A DNA stretch of 64,000 nt from Prorocentrum cordatum (lineage: Eukaryota): NCBI GenBank assembly GCA_963575745.1, contig CAUYUJ010000027.1, forward strand, positions 1 to 64,000, read 5' to 3'. The notes beneath the pieces are model-generated. The model searched no databases and was not told the DNA's origin. It worked only from the letters and a program-made list of their open reading frames with translations. Positions 36,101 to 48,680 of the stretch are shown here, piece by piece (within the stretch, counting starts at the first letter, position 1; each line of letters opens with the position of its first letter). Position numbers and translations under genes: made by a program.

Positions 36101-39010
36101 TGAAGGGAGAGCAGCACAGTTGCAGGATTGGCGGCAATCTGACCGCATGGTGCGGCTGGAGACGAGCCCCGCGACGGCAAAAGCGACTGAGCGCCATCGA
36201 GGCTTTATATTCCTACCGATGCTACTAAATCAACTCCTGTGATAGAGAGCTCAGTAGCTGCTCTTAATCTCGAGGGCAAGTCGAAAAACTTCTGGCATAG
36301 TTGCAGAACGTGACTAGTTGTTCGGCCATCGCTCGAGACGCAGAATTCCAGTTTCTCGATTGTGGATAGAACTGCTTCCAGTGCTGCTGAGCCCATTATT
36401 TCATATGAGACTTTTTTTGCTGTTCAGAATCGTAAGATCGAGCCAAACAAACAAACGTGTGCGTATTTTTTTGGTCGTGGTTCGAGTAGCAAACCGATTT
36501 CAGGCTTCTCAGTCTCTAGACTAATGTTTCCGATGCTGTTCGAGTTATTGACGCCATGAAACTTCTGTAGCTGCTAACAAATCTTGAGGTCAAGTCAGAA
36601 CATCGACAATTTGCCAGAAACTTGGGCGCCGTTTGTAAACCGCCAACCAAAGTTGCCACTGGGAACTCGTAGAGCTTATTTCCGAGCAGGGCGTCGTTCA
36701 AAATATCGTATATTTCACGAGCGTATGAACGCAAGCTGAACCTGCTCTTATACGTCAAAGCTTAACCGAATGTGGAAATTTGCAGTGCGAATAGATCGTC
36801 TGCTAGTTGAGCTAAGCGGAATTTGGTGGCGGTGTGGATTTAGTTGGCCGACCCGGCCAGGACGAACAATGTGACGACTTGGGGTCGGTTGTTCGAACGT
36901 TCTGAGAGATTTGATCGTTCGTTTTGTAATTCGAGATTTGTCTATGGAGCATTCGATCACGCTCCGTTCGCTGGTAAAAGTATCTGGGTTGTAGCTGCAG
37001 TATTTCTGTCGATCCATTTCCAACCTTAAGAAAATACTATCTTGCAGAAAATCAAGCTTGTCTAATTCAACTTCAGCTGTAGGCCAACTACCTAGGTTTA
37101 ATGTGCACGGGGAGCTCCAGCAGCATTGCAGGCTCCAGTCTCCTGGAGTCGATTTGCTATGGCTGGAAAAACTACTGACGCGCTCCGACTTCGTGCTTAC
37201 AACAAAAGAAAATAGATTGTTCGAGTTTTGAAGCTGATGGTCCCAGAAACTTTCTCATCTAGAGAGTTCTTACGCGTGCAAGCTCTACGAGTTCCTGGCG
37301 GTAACCTGGTTGATGGCTTTTCGCTGGCGCCCATTGTCGGCCATATCTCGAGTATCAGACCTATTTGAGGCGTCTCGAGCCTTCAGACTGATGCCAACAT
37401 GCTGCTGAAGCTATTGGTACACATGAAACCTCAGTAGCTTGTGTAAATCCCGAGCTTCGGTCCAATAGCCGAACGCAGGAGCAAAACATTGTCTCAGAGC
37501 GAGTGCCCGCCCTACTAGAATGTGCTCTTCAAAATTTTGGGGTTCGACCTGAAATCAAGATGGCGAGCAGGAGTGAGATCGAAGTTTTCTGGGACATTTG
37601 TTTCATCAGAACTACATTTTTTTCTCTTCCAACCAGCCGCAGGTTAACGCATTGTCCGTCGAGATTTTGTTGGCCAACTAGTCCAGAAGTGTTCCCGTGC
37701 TACTCTTCGCTCCCGCAGCTTCGTTACCAGGGAAGCTCTACAAGTGAAGCTGCAGAGTTCGATTCATTTTTCGGTCGTAGTTCGGGTAGCAGAACGATAG
37801 CAGGCTTCTCGAGCATGTGGGCGGCAACTCCCGATGCTGCTAAACGTATCCGTCAACATAGGGTCTGTCGCTCCTCTACATGTCGATCTGAAATCGAAAA
37901 ACACGTACATTGCAGAGTGCGAATTGTTTCTTGGTCACAGCTCGAGTAGCAGGCAGATCTCGGGCTTCTCGATCCTCTGCACTAATGCTCCTGATGCTGC
38001 TGAATCTATTTTTGAATGTCGAGATCACATAGGGAAACTTATATTTGCTCCAGAGAGTTGCAGAGTGGTGTTTCGGCCGTGGCTCGAGGAGGAAACTGGA
38101 TTCAAACCGAATTCGGGCTCTTGGACTATGTATGTAAGCGTGGGCTGATGCGGCAGAAGTTTCATGCACGCATCAAATCTCTGTAGCTGTTCCGAATCTC
38201 GAGATCAAGTCGAGAAACCGAGCATGCGCCCAGAACAGTTGCAGAGTCTGAACAGTTGTTCAAACATACCTTGAGAAGCACACCGATCTCAGGCTGTCAG
38301 ACCATGTCAACGCTAGCGTCTGATGCTGCTGAACCGGTTCGTCTACAATTGCGAAATGCTTTCAATGTCGAGATCAAGGCAACAAACTGAACACTAGCCC
38401 CAAAGAGTTGCTGAATGCGAACCTGTTTTCGGCCATAGCTCGAGTAGCAGGCCGATCTCAGGCGCCCCGATGCTCTAGACTAATACTTCCGATGCTGCTG
38501 AAGCTACACTTGAGACCACTCTAGCTGCTCCAAATCTGGAGATCAAGTCGAACAAACCGATCATTCGCCCAACACAAAGTGCACTATGCAAATAGTTGTT
38601 CAATCATAGCTCGAGGAACAAGCCGATCTGAGGCTGTTCGACTATGCTCACAAGAGCTTTTGATGCTACTGAATATATTCGTCTACATGCAACCTCTGCA
38701 GCCCCTGAATGTCGATATCAAGTCGAAAGACCGAACACTTGCACCAAAGAGTTGCAGAGTGCTAGTATTTTTTGGGTCGTAACTCTGGAAGCAGACGGAT
38801 ATCAGGCCATAGCTCGAGTAGCAGGCAGATTCTAGTCCCGATCCTCAAGACTAGAGCTTCCGGTGCTGCTGGAGCTCTCCATGCGCATGAACCTTTGTAA
38901 TTGGCCTGGATCTCAAATTAACTGAGAAAACATACATGTTCTGCAACGCACTTTTTTGTTATGCTTGGTCCTGGATTCAAACTGGGCGCCGGCGGTAAAC
39001 GGTTAACCAG
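36101..39010 (-). mobile_element. Highly decayed members of the same element group, mostly minus strand
   Basis: Minus-strand right ends at ~36622-36676 and 38982-39010, a minus alpha leader at ~37510-37746, and a plus-strand degenerate right end at ~37280-37333. Confidence 0.6.
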
Positions 39011-39090
39011 AGTATTGCGGTTTGCGGTCAGGCACGGCAGGAGCCAGATGGCCCCAGGCTAAGGGTCTCACGCGCGGGGTAGCCTGCCGA

Positions 39091-39946
39091 TTACAGGACT
39101 ACCACCGCTCCCTGTAGGAGCTGCTGGCAGGCGACAAGCTCGGCGGCAACGATCGTGCAGGAGGCAGGCAGGAGGAAGGACGAGTAGGCAACATTCTGGC
39201 GCCAGCCGCTGGAAAAGAGATAGGGCAAGCCAGGAATCTGCACAATAGCATCGACGCACCAGCCACAACCGACGCCAACACTGGATCCGCCACCGTCGAA
39301 GAATCCGTGGACGGCAGGGATCAAACTTGCAGAGTCTCGGACAAAAGTCAGGAGGGGAAAAAACTCACAGACACAATTAATCGTCGATTCCCAACTATGT
39401 GAAAATATGGGCAGGGGGGGGAAGACAGAAACCCAGAACATATGGGAAACTATGGGAAATTCTTTTATTTGTGTGTACTTATTTGTGTCCCCCAGAGCCC
39501 CTTCAAAAAGAAAAAAATTCGACGATCGCCTCACAGGTGCCCTTGCGGGCCCGCCAACAGTCACTTCCCTGGCGCTAGGTCCGCTCGAGTCTACGTCGGC
39601 CTAGGCGGCGCGGAGACCGCGCGCCACAGTATTCAACGAGATCATGCAATACATATACATATATATATACACATATATGCTGCATGTGTCCAATTCATCG
39701 TAGCAGAAGTGCTGTACGTTGTATTCTTGATGCCCTCAGCCATCTGATGACGCGTTGTGAGTCTCCAACTAACTCAATACCAATACAGCCCTCAGAGAAC
39801 TTCCAACAGGTTCCGTCTTCATTGATAGCAGCTAGTCGCTGAACCGTTTTTTTTTCAGACTGGATCTCCCCCGTCTTCCTCCTCGCCTCACCTGTCATCC
39901 CCGCCAATGAAACCTCATCTCCTTTCCATGGTTTAGGCTCTTTCAA
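39091..39946 (-). pseudogene. RNase H fragments (permuted order)
   Basis: GIELVGDSQRVIRWL, then HGFFDGGGSSVGVGCGW, then TIVAAELVACQQLL. Frameshifted and interrupted. Confidence 0.75.
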
Positions 39947-40599
39947 AACACACCACTGTCAGACCTCATCTAGCCCACGTTTTGATCGGGCAGTTGGGAT
40001 AAAATAAAGCCAGCCCACCCGATCCCAGGAAATACCATCAACCCAGAACGTACCCCCGACCAACTCAAAGATACTTGCCTAGGACGTCAAGCCCAAAGGG
40101 GTAGTACCAGTCCTCCAACGGGTTCCCGCTTTGGCCTCCTGGGAACCAAGAGATGGGAGCAGAGCGTCTCGAAGCTTTGCCCACTCGAAACCAGCGTGCA
40201 ACATCATCTGTCGCGGCTGCACATGGCCAGATACCAGGCAGTCGCCGTATTTGAGCGCACCAGCAGGGAAGCGAACTTGTCGTGGTTCGAACTTCGCAGC
40301 CTGGCGCACCACATTCTGTGGCATCGGGAGTCTCGCACGTTTGGCCGCCTCCCGCGTAATGTAGCCCTTCCTCTCCCCCCACTTCAACGGGTCCTCCATA
40401 CCTTGTTCGGCTCCTCCTGCTTCTCCCCCACCTCCTTAAACTCCCCCAACGTGCCCTCCCGTCACCTCAATCGGGACCTCCCCTGTCGTGGCCTCGAAGA
40501 AACACGTGGTGACCACGTCTTTGGCCCAGCAGAATAGCTCGTGTATAATTAGCTGGACCATACTGAGCTTCCCAGCATGTAACAGAGCACGACGGGCGC

Positions 40600-41400
40600 G
40601 GTGATACAGGCAAGCATTGAAGATTGCCCCCCACTCGCCTGCCTTCTTTCCTCTCCGACACGTGCTCGCCAGCATCTTTCCCTCCTCCCTGTGGCTGTAT
40701 ACTATGGTGGCCTTGTCAGCCGTGGTGCCCCCCAAGGGCACGCAGGAACTTGGCGCGGACCCTCGCCTCGTACCGTCGAAATGTCTTGTTCCAATGGGTG
40801 CGTTTGCTCTGATCGTACTTACGATTTGACCAAAAAAACGTTGACGACTTTCTGCATGCGACGCCCCACATCAAAGTGCCCCTCGAATGTACGGCATATC
40901 TCACATCCCAAGAGGACCACGGAGTCAACATGATGGAGGGGGACGCTGGCCTGATTCAGGACTTCCCAATTGAACGGCTTGGGCGCCTCAGTGTTCACCA
41001 GGACGTTGCCAACATAGGCAGTTTTACGGGGCTCTCTTAGGGGCCCCAACCCAGGAGGCAGCATACAGATATGCATGCCAGTCGGATTGGTCGCGCACAT
41101 ATTCAAGTATTCCAAGCTTTGGGGCTTCCACCTGCAACCAAAGCTGTGTACGCATCGGGCCATATCTGTAATCATATTTGGTAATTGGCTATGTCTTTCC
41201 GCCATGAGCACCACGTTATCCGCCCATGCAAAGTATGACACAACAGTGTTTCCAGCTTCGTCCGATAACTTAACACCAATGTGCTCGCGTGGCCATCGAA
41301 GACACGGTTCACTAAACACCAGTATCGATACCGCCGCCAACAGTGGTGGGCCTTCCAGAGACCCTGTTTTCATCGAGCTCGTCCCCTGCAGGGTGTCTGT
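40600..41400 (-). pseudogene. Reverse transcriptase fragment (C-terminal motifs)
   Basis: MKTGSLEGP, YFAWADNVVL, GCRWKPQS and VVLLGC match the 1026-aa ORF motifs. The N-terminal RT motifs appear deleted. Confidence 0.8.
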
Positions 41401-41889
41401 CTCAATCTCCTGAAAGCGAAAAATAGCCGACACCCCCACTGAGTTCTGGAACTCTCTCCGAATATTCTTCCACCTCCTCCAACTTTCTTCGAACGTGTGA
41501 TCGTCGACCTCTCCTCTCTTCCATCGTTTGTGTAATCGATAGTGGTGGTCCGTAACCCCCCCCCTCCTCCTCCGTCATCTTCAGGCTGGCTTTAGCAGAC
41601 GCGTACTCGTTCAAGTTCGGGTCAGCCGTCGCACCCTCCTTCGAACGAGACTCCAGGTCCTCGAGAGGAATCGCCCTCCACCTAGTACGGTATACACAAC
41701 GGCCCTCCCCCACCTCCATGTCCACCTTCCTCTTCCTCCACCTCCTCGCGTTCACCTGTGCCCACTTGTCTACTTCAACCAGTCTCATCCCCCAAACTCT
41801 CCTCTGCTGGACTTCCTTACCTGGGATAGGTCGCCACTTCGCCAGGCTGCTAGACACGCGCGGCTGCTTATCCTTGAGAGGGGGTTCCC

Positions 41890-42785
41890 CTGGAATACTA
41901 AACACCAACAGTTTATGATCCCTCCAACGCTGTGAATCCTGAACATCAGCACCATGAAACCAAGACGTCTGCACATCGGCGGCCACAGGATCTCGGCAGG
42001 CAGGGATGGCGACATAATCCAGCACAAACTCCACATTCCCCTGGGGACTGCGCCAACTCGTTGTACGGAGGCCCATCGTGTTTACAAGCACCAGTTTCAG
42101 TTTAGCCATACACACACATAGGGCACGGCTGCAGCACTCACGCTCCATATGCAACTTTTCAAAGCTCCCAGGGGATCTCGATGCGGCCTGCTCATGAACC
42201 CCAGGACCACTAACACGAATAGAATCCGCCGGCTCCCTAGACATGACCTCAACATTCGCATCCACGCACACACCAACATCTTTACTGTGGTGGGTACTTA
42301 CCCTGGAGGCGTAAGATTTGTGTGGCCAACCCCAAAAGCGGTTCCCGATACAGCTCAAACGCAAGTGCACAAGCTCCCGCCGTCTTCCCAAAGAACGCAG
42401 CACGTGGGAGGTAGAGACTGGCATTCAAGAACGAGCCGCGCTGTGGACCACGAAGTGCACACACAACAAATCGACGCCCAGAAACATGATCAAGGAGACA
42501 TGTTCGTAGACCTTTTGCAAGGAAGACCCCTGCTCTACCTTCAGCAGTAGCGCGCCTGCCCTCCCGTCGCAACACGTGCTCCTCGGAGAGCCTATACTCA
42601 TACCTCACATCATGAATCAGGTCCGCTGGCATGCACTGGCACTCCTGGAGGCCTGTAACCAGACAACCCAACTCAAGAAGACTAGGAAGCGTTTCGAACG
42701 TTGATCGCTCACCCATCTGTCTGACATTCCAGCATCCAGCTCGGATGCACACTTGGTTTAGCGCTGGTTTAGCACTGTCTGCCAA
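41890..42785 (-). pseudogene. Apurinic-like (APE/EEP) endonuclease fragments
   Basis: GCWNVRQ...GLQE...GVFL in one frame and LVNT..SWRSP..VLDYVAI..DHK in another. These are typical APE motifs, here frameshifted. Confidence 0.7.
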
Positions 42786-43889
42786 TTCGCCACATGTATT
42801 GTCGGAACAAGCTTCTCACGCTCGGCAGTGATCAGTTTCCGACCGTTTGTCGGGTCCCAGGTTCCAATGATAGACGTCATATCCCCACGGTTACGATTCG
42901 GGAAAGTCCACGCCCAACTCATATGAGGTGGACCATATTTGACCCTGACCAGAGCATCAGTTTTGAGCGGATCGTTACGCTTGAAATAAGTCGCAACGAG
43001 TTTGGAGCTTGCTTTCACCTGTGCCTCTTTACAAGGTGCTGTCGGGGCCTTCACCGAGATATAACTAGGTTGGCCATGTGCATCCTTGGCAGGGCCCAAG
43101 GTCGTGTCGTCAAACATCTCAGGCACAGATCTCTTCGCACATTTTTTTGATAGCACGAGCAATCTGCCGCGCACGAGTCGTCGAGGTACCCTGCACAATA
43201 TTCATCATGATACGAAGCAAGCCAAATGGCTTCCGAAAGTTCTCACTTAATGTACTGATCTCATCAACATGTGCACGCATGTCAGGAATAACTTCTCCAA
43301 CAACACAGTGATAACATTCGTGCCGCGCTCTCCGGACATGATGTTTTTCGCGCGGGCAGCCGCTTCCCTGGGATCACCAGAGGTCCAACCCTGCAAGGTA
43401 AGGTATGATGGCACAAACTCCTGGAGCCTTCCGCTCCTCGCATCCTCTCCAACAGCACGGCAAAAACTGAAACGCGTGGAGTTCGAGGCCTCACTTCGAA
43501 CATCATTTTCCACTGGAGGTCCCTTGGGAGTGCCACTCCTCCGTTCCTCAACTGCAACGAACAATTTACGATTTATCTCCTTTTGCTCCTCCTGACCGTC
43601 ACTGAGAACTTTAATTCAACTGAGCACCGGCAGGGGCCAGCTTAGAGTCAACATGAAGCGTGTGTGCTTTGAGAGAATCCTTCAACGTGCTCTGGAAGAT
43701 CTTCTTCAAACTGATGAACTCAGAACGCAGAACACCAAGCGCGATCACCGACTCATCCGTACCAGGCGACCCAGGCGATCTCACACATAGCTGTTCTCTG
43801 CCGCACCCCGAGGCTGGTTGAAAAGGCAGGCTGGGCGTTCCGCCTGGGGCTTCCTCACCATTTGTGACCCCGAAGCTTAGGAGCCGACA

Positions 43890-44310
43890 GCAGTTTCACG
43901 GAATGAGGGCGGTTGGTTTCCAAATGTTGCTCTCGCTTTAGCACCGCGCGCACTCGTTTCAGACATGTGCAACAGTTTCGCGGATCGAGGGCGGGTGGTT
44001 TTCAAGATGTGATTTTCGCCTCAGCGCCGCGCGCATTCGTTTGAACAATCTGCAAGAGTTTGACGGATCGAGGGCGGGCCGTTTTCAAAATGCGGCTCTC
44101 GCATGAGCGCCGCGCACATTCGTTTCTAAACAAATTGAGGGCGGGCCGTTTTCAACATGTAGCTCTCGCCATATTTCCGCGCACATTTGTGTTATTATTT
44201 GCAATAGTTTCACGGGTTGAGGGCGGTTCCTTTTCAACATGTGTCTCTCTCACCAGCGCGGCGCGCATTCGTGTTAAACATTTGCCATTGTTTCACAGTT
44301 CCCATGGTCA
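43890..44310 (+). repeat. Degenerate ~82-bp minisatellite
   Basis: Recurring agtttcrcgg..gagggcgg..ttttcaa.atgtg..tctcgc..agcgccgcgc.cattcgt units. Confidence 0.75.
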
Positions 44311-45689
44311 GCGTACCATAATTTGTGTGTTCCGAAGGGCTCATGATTGTGGGGGCGCAAGTGTTACCTGGATTCTCGGTGTTGAATTCCCAGGAATCGT
44401 GTTCTGGCGCGGTTCAGGCCCGTCAAGACACAACACTCTGGTTGACTCGTGGCGTTGGAACCCCCAAACTTGGTGTTCTGGCACGCTTCAGTCTTTCAAA
44501 CGGTTGTTTCCCAGCGAGGCAGTTCCCTCAGTGGAAAAGAAGTCTTGTAGGAGCCTGCGAAGAGGGGGCTTGGGGGGAGGGTTTATTCCTCCATCGATGG
44601 TGAGTCTTAGGTTTGCACTGGTCCTCCTCCTCCTCCTTCTCCTCCTCCTCCTCCTCGCCCTCGCCCTCCCCCTCCTCCTCCGCCTCCTCCTCCTTCTCCT
44701 CCTCCTAGCACTTCTGCGCTCAATTGAGTGTTGCAGGCGCGTTTTCTCAGCCCCCGGGATGGGGCTTCCGCTCTGGGGGCCCGTGCCACGAATCAGATCG
44801 TTGTTTGGGGGCCTCGGGCCTTTGTTTGCTTGAAGGCGTTCGAAGTCTTTCAGCGTTTCAGCGCGTTCGGCAGCCGAAGTGGAAGCCAACCGGGTTTGGG
44901 TCCAGTGAGGCGGAGTCGGACCCCTGCTTCGGACGACGGACGGGCCCCGAATTGGTGTCTTGTAGAATTACCCCGTTCAGTCGCAGCACTATTGATACCG
45001 ACATCTCTTGCCCGCGGTTCCCACCTCATCTACGCGCTTGACGAAGTCAGCTTTGACATCGCAGGCACCGTGACAGGTTGGCCTTTGGCGCCACATGCAA
45101 GGGGTCGGGGGTTCTCTTAATTGGGGATCCTCTTGAGAGACTGGTTCACAGGCGAAAGACATCAGGGCTAGTGCACGGGAGTTTTGGGGCCCGCCCGAGT
45201 ACGGGTGGAGAATATAGAGGGTCGGGTGTCTCGGACCTGCAGGTCGGACCAGCGGCAGAGGATGTCAGCGGCATTAGACGGTCCTGGGCGCGAGTCGGGA
45301 TCCATGGAGCCAGCTGGCCAGTTTTTGCTCGCGCATGCTTTGGAGTTGACCGATTTGCAATCAGTGCTGCCGCCGTCGCCGCCAGTGGCAACACTGCATG
45401 TGTCGTCGCTGTCGTGCTCGTGGCGATCGCTGTTCTTGTTGTTGTGGTCATAGTGGTCGTCGTTGCTGCTGCTGCTACTGGCGCCAATGTTCAAGCTTGA
45501 AAGATCGAAGCGGCGTCAGCAGGGAACGCTGACGTCATCTCGACGTGGACCCGCTGTGGGCGCCGTGGTCACCTGCTGCTCGCTCCTGGCGTGGCTCGCA
45601 GCGTCTTCCTCGCGGCTGCCGAGCGGATGGCGGCGGTGCAGCTGAGCCATGCGGAGCGCCCGTCACATGAGCAGGCGGGTAGCCGGCCA

Positions 45690-46120
45690 CGAGGACGAGG
45701 AGGAGGTGGAGGAGGAGGAGGAGGAGGAGGAGGAGGAGGAGGAGGAGGATGATGATGAGGGAGGAGGAGGAGAAGGAGGCGGAGAAGGAGACGGAGGAGG
45801 GGAGGAGGAGGAGGAGTAGGAGGAGGAGGAGGTGGAGGAGGAGGAGGAGGAGGAGGTGGAGGTGGAGGAGGAGGAGGACGAGGAGGAGGAGGAGGAGGAG
45901 GAGGGGGAGGCGGAGGAGGACGAGGGGGAAGAGGTAGGAGGGAGGAGGAGGAGGAGGAGGAGGAGGAGGATGAGGATGAGGAGGAGGAGGAGGAGGGAGG
46001 AGGAAGAGGGAGGAAGAGGAGGAAGACGAGGAGGAGGAGGAGGAGGAGGTGAAGGAGGAGGAGGAGGAGGATGAGGATGAGGAGGAGGAGGAGGTGGAGG
46101 AGGAGGAGGAGGAGGAGCCG
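45690..46120 (+). repeat. (GAG)n microsatellite
   Basis: Directly visible. Confidence 0.95.
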
Positions 46121-47335
46121 CGCGCGGCGCGGGGGCCGCGCCGCGCCCCGCCTGCCAAGCCTCGCGCGACGGCCAGGCAGGAAGAGGACTGGCCCCGAGG
46201 GGGCCCTCGCCGTCCTCGGGGCCTCGCGGCGACCCGCCCGTGAAGTCCTGTCGAGGGAGAGCTGGCGTCCAGGGTCGTCGACAGCTCGAAGGGACGAGAG
46301 AGCGCTGGTATCCCCCCAAAAGTCCATTGGGGGAATTGTCGGTCTTCACGTCTCGAAGCCCTTTCGGTGGTGCTCTTGGAGCTCTCTTGACCCGTCTCTT
46401 GAGAGGGCCCTGCAGTCTTCGGGCCTCCGTTTCAGTCGGGAGGCCCCTCCTCCTCAGGGAGGCTGGCGCCACCTCCGTGCCCAGCCGGGGCCAGCCTGGG
46501 CCCCAGGGCGGGATACAGACCCTGCCAACATCGACCGGGAGGGCCGCACACGTGCGCCACGCCCGTACCCAGGATTGCCTTGGCCAGGTCCGGAGACGGT
46601 GGAGCGAAACCGCCTGCAAACCCAGTCGTGCCAGGGTTGGAAAAAATCAGGACGAGATTTTTGTTGGCCGTTTTCGGCCTCCTGGGGCCCTCACTTGGCC
46701 CCAGGACCGTCACACAACGAATCAGCCCGAAAAGCCGGCCCCAGGGAAAGGATCGGGACCTCTGCGGTCCGCGAATTGAACAAACCAGGACGTCGCATGT
46801 CTGGGAACGTCTTCCTTGTGCCAAGGCAAGACGCTGGGCCAGCTCCTCCGCCGCCGCCTCCGCTGGCGCGTCGGCCGTCGCCGTTGGCCTCCAGCCCCCG
46901 TCTCGTCGTCGTGCCTGGGCCTGCAGGGTTGGGGCGCGGCGGGGGCGGCAGGCGAGCCGGCGGTGCACAGGCTCGTCAGCAGAGCGGCGCGGGCGGAGGA
47001 GGGAGGGCGGAGGAGATGGGAGGATGGATGGATGGATGGGTGAGGGGCGGGGGGCAAGGGAAGAGGGTGGGACGGCGGGGGGGATGGATGTGTGGAGGTG
47101 AAGGTTGGGGTGGGGGAGTGGAATGGGGAGGGAAGGGGGGGGATGGGGAGGGAGAGGAGGAATCGGGGTTTGAGGAGGAGGAGGGGGAGAAGGAGGAGGA
47201 GGAGGAGGAGGACTAGTGTAAACCCACAGCTCACCAACGATGTTGTGATAAACCCTCCCTACAGGCCTCCCCTCTTCATAGGCCCCATACAAGGATTCAT
47301 CTTCACTGCGGGAAGTGTTCCTTTGGAGGACAACG

Positions 47336-47890
47336 AATTACCCCAGTGCGACCCTACCTAGAAGTTGGAGTCCCTAGGAAAGCAGCATTAGTTGCTATGC
47401 TATGCTATGCCATGCTATGCCTTTCTATGCTATGCTATGCTATGCTATGCTATGCTATGCTATGCTATGCTATGCTATGCGATGCTGCGCTATGCAATGT
47501 TATGATATGCTATGCTAAGCTAAGCTAAGGAGGAAGCTTCCAACAACAATAATAATTATGCTATGCAATACTGTGCTATGTTATGCTATGCTGTGCTATG
47601 CTATGCCATGCTATGCTATGCTACGCTAAGCTAAGCTATATTAGGCTAAGCTAAGCTAGGCTAAGCTAAGCTAAGCTAAGCTAAGGTAAGCCAAGCTAAG
47701 CTAAGCTAAGCTAAGCCAAGCTAAGCTAAGCCAAGCTAAGCTAAGACGAGATAAGCTAAGCCAAGCTAAGGGGGCGCGACTGGGGGAACCGCGGGGCGGT
47801 GACTGGTGGAACCGCCCGGGGCGCGTTCCACTGCCCGGCCCCTTTAAGCTAAGAGAGTAAGAACCCTCTAGGCAGAGCCTAGGTAGGGAA
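47336..47890 (-). mobile_element. Non-autonomous element with subTIRs and (ATGCT)n/(CTAAG)n microsatellites
   Basis: Inverted copy of 48681-49341, with ccctacctag near one end and ctaggtaggg at the other. Confidence 0.65.
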
Positions 47891-48059
47891 TAACCGTTAC
47901 TGTTGCGTCTTGACGATCCTGAATCGTGCCAGAACGTCGCTCCTGGGACTTCACCTACGCGAGTCAACGTAACTGTTGCGCCCTGACAGTTATGAATCTT
48001 TCCTCAATGTCAATTCTGGTGAGTCACCCATGGATACTTTGAACATCCTGCAGTTTTAT

Positions 48060-48460
48060 AGACGAATGTGCGCGGCGCTAAAGCGAGAGCCACTTTTTGA
48101 AAAAGAGCCGCCCTCAATCCGTGGAGCTCGCAAATTTTAAAACGAATGCGCGCGGCGCCAAGGCGAGCGCCACATTTGGAACACCACCCGCCCTCAATCC
48201 GTGAAGCTCTTGCAAGGTTTTTAAAGGAAAGTGCGCGGCGCTACAGCGAGAGCCACATTTTGAAAACCACCTGCCCTCAGTCCGTGAAGCTCTTACAACT
48301 GGTACAGATGAACTTGCTTGGCGTTAAGGCGGGAACCACATTTTGAATTCCACCCGCCTTCAATCCGCGAAGTTCTATCACATGTTTAAGGCACGGGTGC
48401 GGTGCGCTCAGGCGAGGGCCACGTTTTGAAAACAATCCGCTTTCGATTTATGCAAGTGTT
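48060..48460 (-). repeat. ~80-bp minisatellite, inverted relative to 43890-44310
   Basis: acgaatgYgcgcggcgc..gcgag.gccac.tttt.gaaa..ccgccctcaatccgtg units. Confidence 0.75.
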
Positions 48461-48680
48461 GCCAGCTCTTAATTTTTAGATTCGCAAATGGTATAGAAGT
48501 CTTAGGCGAAACACCCAGCCCGTACTTCAGACTGGCCTCGGCGTGCGACAGAGAGGAGTTATTGTAATGGCCTCTGGCCACTGTTGCCGATTCGGGGGGC
48601 TGGATGTTTGTGCGATAAGGAATGTGCAGGCGGCAGCGGGATCTTTCTTTCTCGCCCTTCTTTCTTTCCCCGCCCCTTTT

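Larger units (their letters stand above)
39015..43880 (-). mobile_element. Decayed, near full-length non-LTR retrotransposon (ORF1-like, APE endonuclease, RT, RNase H)
   Basis: The 3' end gaccgcaaaccgcaa joins a hairpin half at 38982-39014. Coding fragments are collinear. The 5' boundary is approximate. Confidence 0.8.

Noticed and set aside
19..38835. Many recurring 60-170 aa ORFs in the alpha, beta and delta elements
   Set aside because: They are translations of non-coding repeats, open in different frames and on both strands, and broken in sister copies.
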